A stretch of 25,077 nucleotides of DNA from Octopus sinensis (taxonomy: Eukaryota): contig NW_021836057.1 of NCBI RefSeq assembly GCF_006345805.1, forward strand, positions 1-25,077. The letters are read 5' to 3'. Under the pieces are notes generated by a model. That model did not search any database. It had not been told where the DNA came from and saw only the letters and a list, made by a program, of their open reading frames with translations. Position 1 is the stretch's first letter; each line of letters opens with the position of its first letter. Made by a program: the position numbers and the translations under genes. Shown here piece by piece: positions 1 to 10,584 of this stretch.

Positions 1-134
1 ACGCCGACAGAGTAAGTCCTAGGCTTGAAAAGATAAGTCCTTGGAAGTTGGCTTGTTCGACTAAAGAAGAAATATCCTTCAAGGCGGTACTCCAGCATGA
101 CCGCAACTAAATGACGGATAAAAGAATAAAAGAA
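1..134 (+). mobile_element. SINE family A, 3' tail fragment (diverged)
   Basis: Matches the 3' end of intact copies in the window (aagtcctaggctt...ttcgactaaa...aaggcggtactccagcatgaccgca...aaaagaataaaagaat; compare 6270-6391). Confidence 0.75.
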
Positions 135-350
135 TGCACACACTCATATACATACACAGTTATACACACGCATACACACACACACATAGATTCATACACG
201 CATACATATACGCAGACACATACACACACATGGACACATACACACTCACATAAATAAACTTACACATTTTATATACACACATATATACACAGGTATGTGC
301 TTACATATGCATAATCATTAACGCATACATACAAACACACACAAATACAT

Positions 351-383
<33 letters not shown>

Positions 384-404
384 CAAACACAAACACACAC
401 ACAA

Positions 405-437
<33 letters not shown>

Positions 438-1167
438 CAGAAGCACGCAAACAGACACACACACACAGACATGCGATTATAGCTATACATACGCATACAT
501 CCTTACTTATGTACACAGCCACATACACACACACACACACACATACAAACATACATATACACATAGACACCCACATATACACAAACATACACATGCATAT
601 AAACACACGACTAAAGAAGAAGTATCCTTCAAGGCGGTACTCCAGCATGACCGCAACTAAATGACGGATAAAAGAATAAAAGAATGCACACACTCATATA
701 CATACACAGTTATACACACGCATACACACACACACATAGATTCATACACGCATACATATACGCAGACACATACACACACATGGACACATACACACTCACA
801 TAAATAAACTTACACATTTTATATACACACATATATACACAGGTATGTGCTTACATATGCATAATCATTAACGCATACATTCAAACACAACACAAATACA
901 TACACACACACACACAAACAAACACACACAACACCACAAACACACACACACACCCAACCCACACACACACACAAACACACACACACACCACACAGAAGCA
1001 CGCAAAAGACACACACACACATACATGCGATTATAGCTATACATACGCATACATCCTTACTTATGTACACAGCCACATACACACACACACACACACATAC
1101 AAACATACATATACACATAGACACATACACCCACATATACACAAACATACACATGCATATAAACACA
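58..1167. repeat. Tandem duplication, two ~550-bp copies (58-607, 608-1167)
   Basis: cgactaaagaaga...gcataatcattaacgcatacat recurs at an offset of exactly 550 nt. Both copies end in acatgcatataaacaca. Confidence 0.92.
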
Positions 1168-1601
1168 CACACACGCACACACACAAGTGTAGGCACACAT
1201 ATACACAACCATTTACACATACATATATGCACACACAAACAACACACACACACACACACACATGTAAATATAGCTACACATGCTCACACACACATACAGA
1301 CACATAGACGCATACGCTCATGCATATATACATACACACATAGACACAAACAACACACACAGACACAAACAAACACTCACAGACACACACATACATATAC
1401 ACACATACACACAATTATAGCCTTAGCCATTTACACATACATACTAACCCACACACATACACACAAATACACACACATACATATACACACATACACACAA
1501 TTATAGCCTTACATATACACAGCCATTTACACATACATACTAACACACACACAAATACACACACGTATATATCTATGTATATATGCACACAGACACACAC
1601 A

Positions 1602-1637
<36 letters not shown>

Positions 1638-1770
1638 CAAATACAGCACACAAACGCATACCTCCACACATATCTGCGCAGACACATACACACATCGACT
1701 CACACACGCATCCATACACACACACACACACACATATATGCACACGCATACGCACACACAGACACACGGA
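135..1770. repeat. Degenerate (CA)n/(CATA)n low-complexity tract
   Basis: Direct reading of the sequence. Confidence 0.95.
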
Positions 1771-1916
1771 CACGTTTTCCACTTCGTAAATAAAGTTAAA
1801 AATCACTCAATCTCGACGATTCCGTAACGTGGTGCCCCCTGGTGTGAAGAAAAAATAACAAAGGGAGAAAGGAAAAAAACAAAACAAATATATAGAAAAA
1901 TAAACGAAAACACAAA

Positions 1917-2169
1917 ACCACCACCACCACCACCACCACCACCACGAACACCATCATCATCATCATCATCATCATCATCACCATCATCATCATCAGCATC
2001 ATCATCAGCATCAGCATCGTCGTCGTCATCTTCACCGACGAAATTGTCGTCGTCGACGCCATTATCAACCTTATAAGCGCGGTCTCTTATCGTTATTGCA
2101 ATCCTCGCCGTCATCGCTTTCGCCATATTCAACATCGTCATCATCATCGTCATCGTCGTCGTCATCATC

Positions 2170-2224
<55 letters not shown>

Positions 2225-2281
2225 GTCTTCGTCGTCGTCATCATCATCATCATCATCATCATCGTCTTCGTCGTCGTCATC

Positions 2282-2312
<31 letters not shown>

Positions 2313-2508
2313 ACATCATCATCATCATCATCATCGTCTTCGTCGTCGTCATCATCATTATCATCGTCGTCATCACAATCATCACAATCATCATCATCAA
2401 CATCACAATCATCATCGTCATCGTCATCACAATCATCATCATCATCATTACAATCATTATCATCAACGTAATCATCATCATCATCATCATCACATCATCA
2501 TCACATCG

Positions 2509-2547
<39 letters not shown>

Positions 2548-2619
2548 ATCATCATCATCATCATCATCCGTCATCATCACAATCATCATCATCATCATTA
2601 CAATCATTATCATCAACGT

Positions 2620-2653
<34 letters not shown>

Positions 2654-2654
2654 G

Positions 2655-2698
<44 letters not shown>

Positions 2699-2800
2699 GT
2701 CATCGTCATCACAATCATCATCATCATCACAATCATCATCATCATCATTACAATCATTATCATCATCGTCATCATCGTCGTTGTCATCATCACCGCCAAC
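1917..2800. repeat. (ACC)n then degenerate (CAT)n/(CGT)n microsatellite
   Basis: Direct reading of the sequence. Confidence 0.95.
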
Positions 2801-2924
2801 ACCTCCACTATCACTAAAATCATGAGCATCGTTGTTGCCTCGCTCCCACCGTCACCAAACACAGCATCGCCACCGCCATCAATTCCACCACTCCCACGAC
2901 CATCACCACCACCACCACCAACAC

Positions 2925-3785
2925 AACCACCATCACCTGTTCCACCATCACCACTACCACAACCATTACCACCATCACCACAACCACCACCATCACCTGT
3001 TCCACCATCACCACTACCACAACCATTACCACCATCACCACAGCCACCACCACAACAACACCACCACCATCACCTGTTCCACCATCACCACTACCACAAC
3101 CATTACCACCATCACCACAACCACCACCACAACAACACCACCACCATCACCTGTTCCACCATCACCACTACCACAACCATTACCACCATCACCACAACCA
3201 CCACCACAACAACACCACCACCATCACCTGTTCCACCATCACCACTACCACAACCATTACCACCATCACCACAGCCACCACCACAACAACACCACCACCA
3301 TCACCTGTTCCACCATCACCACTACCACAACCATTACCACCATCACCACAACCACCACCACAACAACACCACCACCATCACCTGTTCCACCATCACCACT
3401 ACCACCACCACAACAACACCACCACCATCACCTGTTCCACCATCACCACTACCACAACCATTACCACCATCACCACAACCACCACCACAACAACACCACC
3501 ACCATCACCTGTTCCACACCACACACGACCACAACAACCAGTACCACCATCACCACAACCACCACCACAACAACACACCACCACCATCACCTGTTCCCCA
3601 TCACCCCACCACTACCACCAACCATTACCACCACAGTCACCACAACCACCCCACCAACAACAACACCACCACCATCACCTGTTCCACCATCACCACTACC
3701 ACAACCATTACCACCATCACCACAACCACCACCACAACAACACCACCACCATCACCTGTTCCACCATCACTACCACCACCACCAC
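2925..3785. repeat. Cryptic 77-bp minisatellite within a CAC/CAA-rich tract (~12 units)
   Basis: The marker ctgtt occurs at 2937, 2997, 3074, 3151, 3228, 3305, 3382, 3432, 3509, 3591, 3679 and 3756; modal spacing 77. Confidence 0.9.
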
Positions 3786-3979
3786 AAACCCTCACCCATA
3801 CCGCCACGTTGTTATTCTTTCGTCTCGTGTTAATGCCGGCCGTTATTCAGTCAGTCACATCAACCAAAACAATCAACTGTCTCGTTCTTTAAACCGATCC
3901 ACCCCCCCCCCCACCCCACCACCCCCCAACCACCACCACCACCACTACTACCACCTAGCGAAGAATAAAGGCACTACTG

Positions 3980-3995
3980 CTACAGTAGCAGCATC

Positions 3996-4033
<38 letters not shown>

Positions 4034-4167
4034 CAGCAGCAGCAGCAGCGGCGATGGCGGTCGTTTGTAGTAGTCGTAGCAGTAGTAGTAGTAGTAGTAG
4101 TAGCTGTTACAGCAGCAGTAGTAGTAGTTGTTGTGGTAGTAGCAGCAGCAGTAGCAGCAGCTGCAGC

Positions 4168-4238
<71 letters not shown>

Positions 4239-4269
4239 TAGTAGTAGCAGCAGCAGCAGCAGTAGTAGC

Positions 4270-4328
<59 letters not shown>

Positions 4329-4405
4329 AAGTAGCAGCAGCGGTGATGGCGGTCGTGGTGGTGGTTTGTAGTAGTAGCAGTAGTAGTAGTAGTAGTGGTG
4401 GTAGT

Positions 4406-4472
<67 letters not shown>

Positions 4473-4555
4473 TAGTAGTAGTAGTGGTAGTAGTAGAATT
4501 AGTAGTATAGTGTAGTATAGTAGTAGTAGTAGTAATAGTAGTAGTAGTAGGAGAT

Positions 4556-4587
<32 letters not shown>

Positions 4588-4682
4588 AGAATTAGTAGTA
4601 GTGTAGTAGAAGTAGTAGTAGTAGTAAATTAGTAGTAGTAGTAGTAGAAGTAGTAGTAGTAGTAGAATTAGTAGTAGTAGTA

Positions 4683-4731
<49 letters not shown>

Positions 4732-4758
4732 TAGTAGTAGTAGTGGTAGTAGTAGAAT

Positions 4759-4805
<47 letters not shown>

Positions 4806-4827
4806 ATAGTAGTAGTAGTAGTAGGAT

Positions 4828-4860
<33 letters not shown>

Positions 4861-4863
4861 AAT

Positions 4864-4905
<42 letters not shown>

Positions 4906-4961
4906 AATTAGTAGTAGTAGTAGTAGAAGTAGTAGTAGTAGTAGAATTAGTAGTAGTAGTA

Positions 4962-4996
<35 letters not shown>
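3980..4996. repeat. (TAG)n/(CAG)n microsatellite with recurring agaatt/agaagt variants
   Basis: Direct reading of the sequence. Confidence 0.95.
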
Positions 4997-4997
<1 letters not shown>

Positions 4998-5097
4998 TTT
5001 TGTCCGTTTCATCGTTCTGAGCTCAAATTCTGTCGATGCTGACTTTGCTTTTCTCTCCTTTCTGGGATCGATTAACTAAGAACCAGCTGAACACTGG
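4995..5097 (+). mobile_element. Decayed SINE family B (CORE-like) fragment
   Basis: cgttctgagctcaaattctgtcgatgctgactttgcttttctctcctttctgggatcgattaactaagaaccag aligns with the family B unit at 9263-9333. Confidence 0.7.
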
Positions 5098-5104
5098 AAA
5101 TGGA

Positions 5105-5320
5105 CATCATCATCATCACCGTAATCATCATCATCATCATCGTCATCATCATCATCGTCATCACAATCATCATCATCAACACCATCATCACAATCATCAT
5201 CATCATCGTCGTCATCACAATCATCATGGTCATCATCGTCATCATCATCATCATCATCGTCATCATCATCATCGTCATCATCATCATCGTCATCATCGTC
5301 ATCGTCATCATCGTCATCAA

Positions 5321-5368
<48 letters not shown>

Positions 5369-5440
5369 TATTATTATTATTATTATTAATCTCTGACTTT
5401 TGCTTTATATTTGTACAAGTTGGCTCCAATTATAATAATA

Positions 5441-5475
<35 letters not shown>

Positions 5476-5532
5476 GGGAACAGGATTAATCGAATGGTTT
5501 ACCTTCGCATATATATATATGTGTGTGTGTGT

Positions 5533-5580
<48 letters not shown>
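5105..5580. repeat. Compound (CAT)n, (TAT)n, (AAT)n, (GT)n microsatellites
   Basis: Direct reading of the sequence. Confidence 0.95.
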
Positions 5581-5582
<2 letters not shown>

Positions 5583-5596
5583 CAAAATTCTACCCG

Positions 5597-5642
5597 GACA
5601 CCTGATGAAAGCTGCAGAGTAAATCAACCGAAACGTTTTGCT
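5597..5642 (+). ncRNA. Decayed minimal hammerhead ribozyme motif (Penelope-like-element type)
   Basis: CTGATGA 5602-5608; stem II remnant AGCTG/CAACC (3 of 5 pairs, two A.C mismatches); GAAA 5630-5633; palindromic AAACGTTT 5631-5638; stem I 3 of 5 pairs. Confidence 0.45.
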
Positions 5643-5971
5643 AGCAACAAACAAGATGAGGACACATGTCAGTCCAATGTAAATAATGTAAATAATGAAC
5701 TCACAGATGCTTGAGTGACCTCTCGGTACCCGCCTAACAACCCCAATCCACCCCAGAAAACGCTGCATATGTATAGTAGCAGTCCTTACATTCCAACTGT
5801 ACTAGAACACCAACCTTAAAACATAGACACGTTTCCCATTCACATTTTCCCTAAAAACTCTTGTCGCCTTGCAACAGCCCCAGAAGCAGTATTTCGGTGC
5901 TAAGGGATATAAACCTTTTTGTAACCCTTGCTCAGTTCGTTTCAACGTTTTTTTCCCGTCAACCACACACA

Positions 5972-6391
5972 GGAGTGGCTGTGTGGTAATTAGCTTGCTA
6001 ACCAACCTCATGGTTCCGGGTTCAGTCCCACTGCGTGGCATCTTGGGCAAGTGTCTTCTGCTATAGCCCCGGGCCGACCAATGCCTTGTGAGTGGATTTG
6101 GTAGACGCAAACTGAAAGAAGCCTGTCGTATATATGTATATATATATATATATATATATGTATTGTGTGTTTGGTGTCTGTGTTTGTCCCCCTAGCATTG
6201 CTTGACAACCGATGCTGGTGTGTTTACGTTCCCCGTCACTTAGCGGTTCGGCAAAAAGAGACCGAATAGAATAAGTACTGGGCTTACAAAGAATAAGGCC
6301 GGGGTCGATTTGCTCGACTAAAGGCGGTGCTCCAGCATGGCCGCAGTCAAATGACTGAAACAAGTAAAAGAGAAAAGAGAAAGAGAAAGAG
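5972..6391 (+). mobile_element. tRNA-derived SINE family A, full length
   Basis: A-box-like TGGCTGTGTGG, B-box-like GGTTCAGTCCC, internal (TA)n, conserved 3' body and an (A/G)-rich tail. Many near-identical copies in the window. Confidence 0.92.
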
Positions 6392-6448
6392 GATGTATCT
6401 TCTCACCTCCAACAATTGAGAGCAGTCACCAGATTTCATCTCACAACA

Positions 6449-6538
6449 GCTACCTCTGAAGAGCGCAGGGTTACGTAACCGTACCGTCAACTAACACTCC
6501 GTTGAACCCCCTAGTGCGAAACCGATTGGTAAGATCGT
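6449..6538 (+). ncRNA. Type I hammerhead ribozyme candidate with canonical core
   Basis: CTGAAGA 6456-6462; stem II GCGC/GTGC (G6463-C6517 closing pair) extended by AGGG/CCCT; GAAA 6518-6521; stem III ACC-gatt-GGT; GUA cleavage triplet 6529-6531; stem I 5 of 7 positions paired. Confidence 0.72.
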
Positions 6539-6683
6539 CCGCAATGCACATATAGTGCTGTACACTTCGATCAATACTGCCACTTTATTGACGAGAGCAT
6601 ATTTTCCCTGACTTACGCATGTGTGTGCGTAGGTGTAGCACTCAGACGTTTCAAGCTGCGGAAGCGGTTCCCCTGTATAGCGT

Positions 6684-6955
6684 TTATTTTCTTCATTATT
6701 CCATACGAGCTCTAATAACCGATTGGCGTCATTCGTTTTATTTCTCTCATTTTGTATTCAAATCTTCATTCGACAGACTCCGTTGTCTCACAACATTTCA
6801 TTTAATGTTTTATGTTGATAAATTCTGATGAACGAATTAATTCTCTCCTTTTGCTCATTAGTCATTCTAATCAATACACATATAATATGCATATTTAATA
6901 AGCTAATATGTATTTGTATATACACTCATTCCACTATTAATAATTCTACTTCATA
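6684..6955 (+). repeat. Copy 1 of a ~270-290-bp direct duplication of non-SINE, AT-rich sequence
   Basis: Colinear with 7779-8066 (cttcattattccatacgagctctaataacc...ctattaataattcta). Confidence 0.9.
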
Positions 6956-7360
6956 GGCGCGGGAGTGGCTGTTTGGTAAGTAGCTTGTTAACCAGCCACA
7001 TGTTTTCGGGTTCAGTCCCGCTGCGTGGGTAAGTGACTTCTATTATAGCCTTGGGCTGACCAAAGCCTTGTGAGTGGATTTGGTAGATGGAAACTGAAAG
7101 AAGCCTGTCGTATATATGTGTATATATGTATACGTATGTGTGTGTAAATGTTTGTGTGTCTGTATTTGTCCCTCTAGCATTGCTTGACAACCGATGCTGG
7201 TGTGTTTACGTCCCCGAAAATTAGCGGTTCGGCAAAAAAGACCGATAGAATAAGTACTGGGCTTACAAAGAATAAGTCCCGGGGTCGATTTGCTCGACTA
7301 AAGGCGGTGCTCCAACATGGCCCCAGTCAATGACTGAAACAAGTAAAAGAGAAAGAGAGA
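6956..7360 (+). mobile_element. SINE family A, full length
   Basis: Same head, body and tail as 5972-6391. Confidence 0.92.
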
Positions 7361-7364
7361 AATA

Positions 7365-7532
7365 GGAGTGGCTGTGTGGTAAGTAGCTTGCTTACGAACC
7401 ACATTGGCTTCGGGTTCAGTCCCACTGCATGGCACCATGGGCGAGTGTCTTCTACTATAGTCTTGAGCCAACCAAAGCCTTGTGAGCGAATTTGGTAGAG
7501 GGAAACTGAAAGAAGCCCATCATATATATATA
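7365..7532 (+). mobile_element. SINE family A, 5' half
   Basis: Head through gaaactgaaagaagccc-(TA)n; starts immediately after the tail of the previous copy. Confidence 0.88.
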
Positions 7533-7534
7533 AA

Positions 7535-7775
7535 AGTGGTTGTGTGGTAAGTAGCTTGCTTACGAACCACATGGTTCCAGGTTCAGTCCCACTGCGTGGC
7601 ACCTTGGGCAAGTGTCCTCTGCTATAGACTCGGGCCGACCAAAGCCTTGTCAGTGGATTTGGTAGACGGAAACTGAAAGAAGCCCGTCGTATATATGTAT
7701 ATGTGTGTGTGTGTTTGTCTATGTTTGTCCCCCCTTACATCGCTTGACAATCGATGCTGGTGTGTTTACGTCCCC
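7535..7775 (+). mobile_element. SINE family A, 3'-truncated
   Basis: Head through gatgctggtgtgtttacgtcccc, then an abrupt switch to the duplicated flank. Confidence 0.88.
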
Positions 7776-7778
7776 ATA

Positions 7779-8066
7779 TTATTTCCTTCATTATTCCATA
7801 CGAGCTCTAATAACCGTCTGGCGTCATTCGTTTTATTTCTCTCATTTTGTATTCAAATCTTCATTCGACAGTCTCTGTTGTCTCACAACATTTCATTTAA
7901 TGTTTTATGTCGATAAGTTCTGATGAACGAATTAATTTTCCTCCTTTTGCTCATTAATTATTCTAATCAATACACATATAACATGCTTTGTGCTATCAAT
8001 GCATATTTAATACGCTATACGTATTTGTGTATACACTCATTGCACTATTAATAATTCTAGTTCATA
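7779..8066 (+). repeat. Copy 2 of the direct duplication (carries ~16 extra bp)
   Basis: Colinear with 6684-6955; an extra catgctttgtgctatca-like segment lies near 7982-7998. Confidence 0.9.
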
Positions 8067-8232
8067 TATTTCGCCATATTGTACTATCACCTTTTTTCTC
8101 TTCAGCTCCTGAGAGGCATCGTTATTTCGACTTTTGACAATTTATCTATTACATCATCCGCATGCATTTCCATGCGCATATGCAATAAGTTCTAGGTTCC
8201 TATGTATGGCACTTTTCATAGTGCAACATATA

Positions 8233-8400
8233 GGCGCGGGCGTGGCTGTCTGGTAAGTAGCTTGCTTTCCAACCACATGGTCTAAGGTTCAGTCCCACTG
8301 CGTGACAGATTCCTCAAGTGTCTTCCACTACAGCCTCGGGCTGTCCGAAGCCTTGAGACGGGATTTGGTAGACGGAAATTGAAAGAAGCCTGTCGTGTAT
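8233..8400 (+). mobile_element. SINE family A, 5' half, followed by a (TA/CA)n tract to ~8575
   Basis: ggcgcgggcgtggctgtctggtaagtagc...gaaagaagcctgtcg. Confidence 0.88.
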
Positions 8401-8464
8401 ATATACATACATATATATATATATACATATATATACATATATATATATATATATATTCATACGT

Positions 8465-8529
<65 letters not shown>

Positions 8530-8531
8530 CG

Positions 8532-8576
<45 letters not shown>

Positions 8577-8577
<1 letters not shown>

Positions 8578-8865
8578 CCAAACATGAAAGCACAAAAAAA
8601 CACAACAACGCGAGGACGTGGAACAGATATAGTATTATTGGACGCTCAAGAAAGAAGGGAGCTCTTCGTCGGAAACATAGGAAAAGGAAAGATCCAGAGA
8701 ACGGGAGACAGAGGGAAAAAAATCGCCAACGGTACACACGCGGTCACTGTTTTGGAGAGTCATTCTCTTTTAATACCTTATTAATTAACACACTCCCGGG
8801 TAAAATTTCCACTCATTTACTTATTTATTTTTCTAAAATTTTCGTTGCGTCTTGCAATCTTTTGA

Positions 8866-8867
<2 letters not shown>
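8577..8867 (-). mobile_element. Unassigned interspersed-repeat fragment(s), possibly Penelope-like-element derived
   Basis: Non-simple sequence bounded by (TA)n tracts. The minus strand carries CCGACGAAGAGCTCC (half of a hammerhead-like core). The family assignment is from recollection only. Confidence 0.3.
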
Positions 8868-8898
<31 letters not shown>

Positions 8899-8901
<3 letters not shown>

Positions 8902-9140
8902 CTTTCCTCTGTTATCTCCCATGTACCTTTCCATCTCTCTCTGTCTCTCTCCCTCCCTTGTTCCTTCCCTAATTCTTCAGTCCCTCTGCTCCCTACCTCT
9001 ATCTGCTCCTCCCATTTGATCGGTATTCGGCCAAGCATGATCTTTCTTTCTTGGCCTGACCATCGCTCGCACAACACCTTATTTTCCTGTCTCCTGACTT
9101 CCAACTATTTGTAGCCGCAACGCTTCCACTTCACACGACA
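8899..9140 (+). mobile_element. Unassigned repeat family C, copy 1
   Basis: (TA)n, a pyrimidine block, then cggccaagcatgatctttctttcttggcctga (28/32 identical to 23297-23328) and cgcttccacttca (similar to 23382-23394). Confidence 0.55.
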
Positions 9141-9776
9141 TAAGTACCAGTTACGCACTGGGGTCTATGTAATCGACTTAATCCGTGTGTCTGTCTTTGT
9201 TTGTCCCCTCTATGTTTAGCCCCTTGTGGGCAATAAAGAAATAGGTATTTCGTTTACCGCTACGTTCTGAGTTCAAATTCCGCCGAGGTCGACTTTGCCT
9301 TTCATCCTTTCGGGGTCATAAATTAAGTACCAGTTACGCACTGGGGTCGAAATAATCGACTTAATCCGTTTGTCTGTCCTTGTTTGTCCCCTCTGTGTTT
9401 AGCCCCTTGTGGGTAGTAAAGAAATAGGTATTTCGTCTACCGTTACATTCTGAGTTCAAATTCCGCCGAGGTCGACTTTGCCTTTCATCCTTTCGGGGTC
9501 GATAAATTAAGTACCAGTTACGCACTGGGGTTGATGTAATCGACTTAATTCGTTTGCCTGTCCTTGTTTGTCCTCTCTGTGTTTAGCCCCTTGTGGGTAG
9601 TAAAGAAATAAGTATTTCGTCTGTCTTTACGGTCTGAGTTCAAATTCCGCCGAGGTCGACTTTGCCTTTCATCTTTTCGGGGTCGATAAATTAAGTGTCG
9701 ATTGTGTACTGGGGTCGATCTAATCGACTGGCCACCTCCCCCAAAATTTCGGCCCCTGTGTCTAGAGTAGAAAAGA
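9141..9776 (+). mobile_element. Tandem array of headless SINE family B (CORE-like) units, period 183-184 bp
   Basis: Units start at 9244, 9427 and 9611 (partial unit from 9141). Each has B-box GAGTTCAAATTCC and a CORE-like gtcgactttgcctttcatcctttcggggtcgat. The last unit has a different 3' tail. Confidence 0.92.
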
Positions 9777-10069
9777 TGCTACAAAACATGGAGAATTTGC
9801 AGTACGATAAAAGAGAAAACGAGGAGTGTATATATAAAGTTTAAATGACAGAGACATAGATTGATAAATTGTATTTAACAATAAGAAAACTCAAATATCA
9901 TCACAAATTGTTTCGTAACTTAAAACATGTAGATAATTTATATTATCATATTTAATAATAAATTACAAATCAGCATTAATACAAGAGGCAAAAAATCTTT
10001 CAAGGTAATGGAGAATATAAGCTATGAACTGTTTTAGAAGGTTTTTTTTGTATTTTGCATTTTGTACAC

Positions 10070-10520
10070 AAAACACACACACAGGGACACACGGAAAACG
10101 CACACACAAAGCTCACATACATACACATACACACATATACACACACAGACATGCACAAAACACATACACACATATACACACAACACATAGATATATACAC
10201 ACAATACACACATACACACACACACACAAAACACACACAGACACGCGCACATATAGACACAAAACACACAGATATATGCACAATACATACACACTCACAA
10301 ACACACACACATACATTCATTTACTGACATATTTACTACATACAGGTAAACACACAAACATACTAAGACAAACACATATTATACATAAAAATAAACGCAC
10401 ACACATACACATACACGCACAAAACACACACATACAAACACAGACACAGACAATACATGCGCACACGCAATCATAGTTTCATGCGTTTTACTCTCTCTCT
10501 CTCTCTCTCCCTCTTTCACT
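10070..10520. repeat. Degenerate (CA)n then (CT)n tract
   Basis: Direct reading of the sequence. Confidence 0.9.
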
Positions 10521-10584
10521 CACTCCTCCCTCACTCTCAATCTTTCTCCTCCTCTCCGTTGTTTTTACGTATTTCTTAATTCTT

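Noticed and set aside
2096-3892. 598-aa ORF rich in Ile/Pro/His/Thr
   Set aside because: It is a translation of (CAT)n and the 77-bp minisatellite. The frame rotates between units and there is no domain-like sequence.
5972-6045. tRNA gene
   Set aside because: Only A-box-like and B-box-like motifs are present, with no complete cloverleaf, and the sequence continues into a multi-copy SINE body.
6822-6838. CTGATGA followed by acgaatt (also near 7920)
   Set aside because: No stem II, no GAAA and no flanking stem I; not a hammerhead.
5802-7611. Recurring short ORFs such as MPRSGTEPGTM.. and FQSFDCGHAGAPPL..
   Set aside because: They recur because they are translations of the same non-coding SINE, not a gene family.
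8660-8690. Minus-strand CCGACGA-A-GAGC, half of a hammerhead-like core
   Set aside because: U4 is replaced by C and the GAAA/stem III half is absent in this copy. It is kept only as a hint for the repeat's origin.
9141-9776. CRISPR-like regular array
   Set aside because: The units are near-identical over their whole 183-184 bp with no unique spacers, and the context is eukaryotic SINE sequence.
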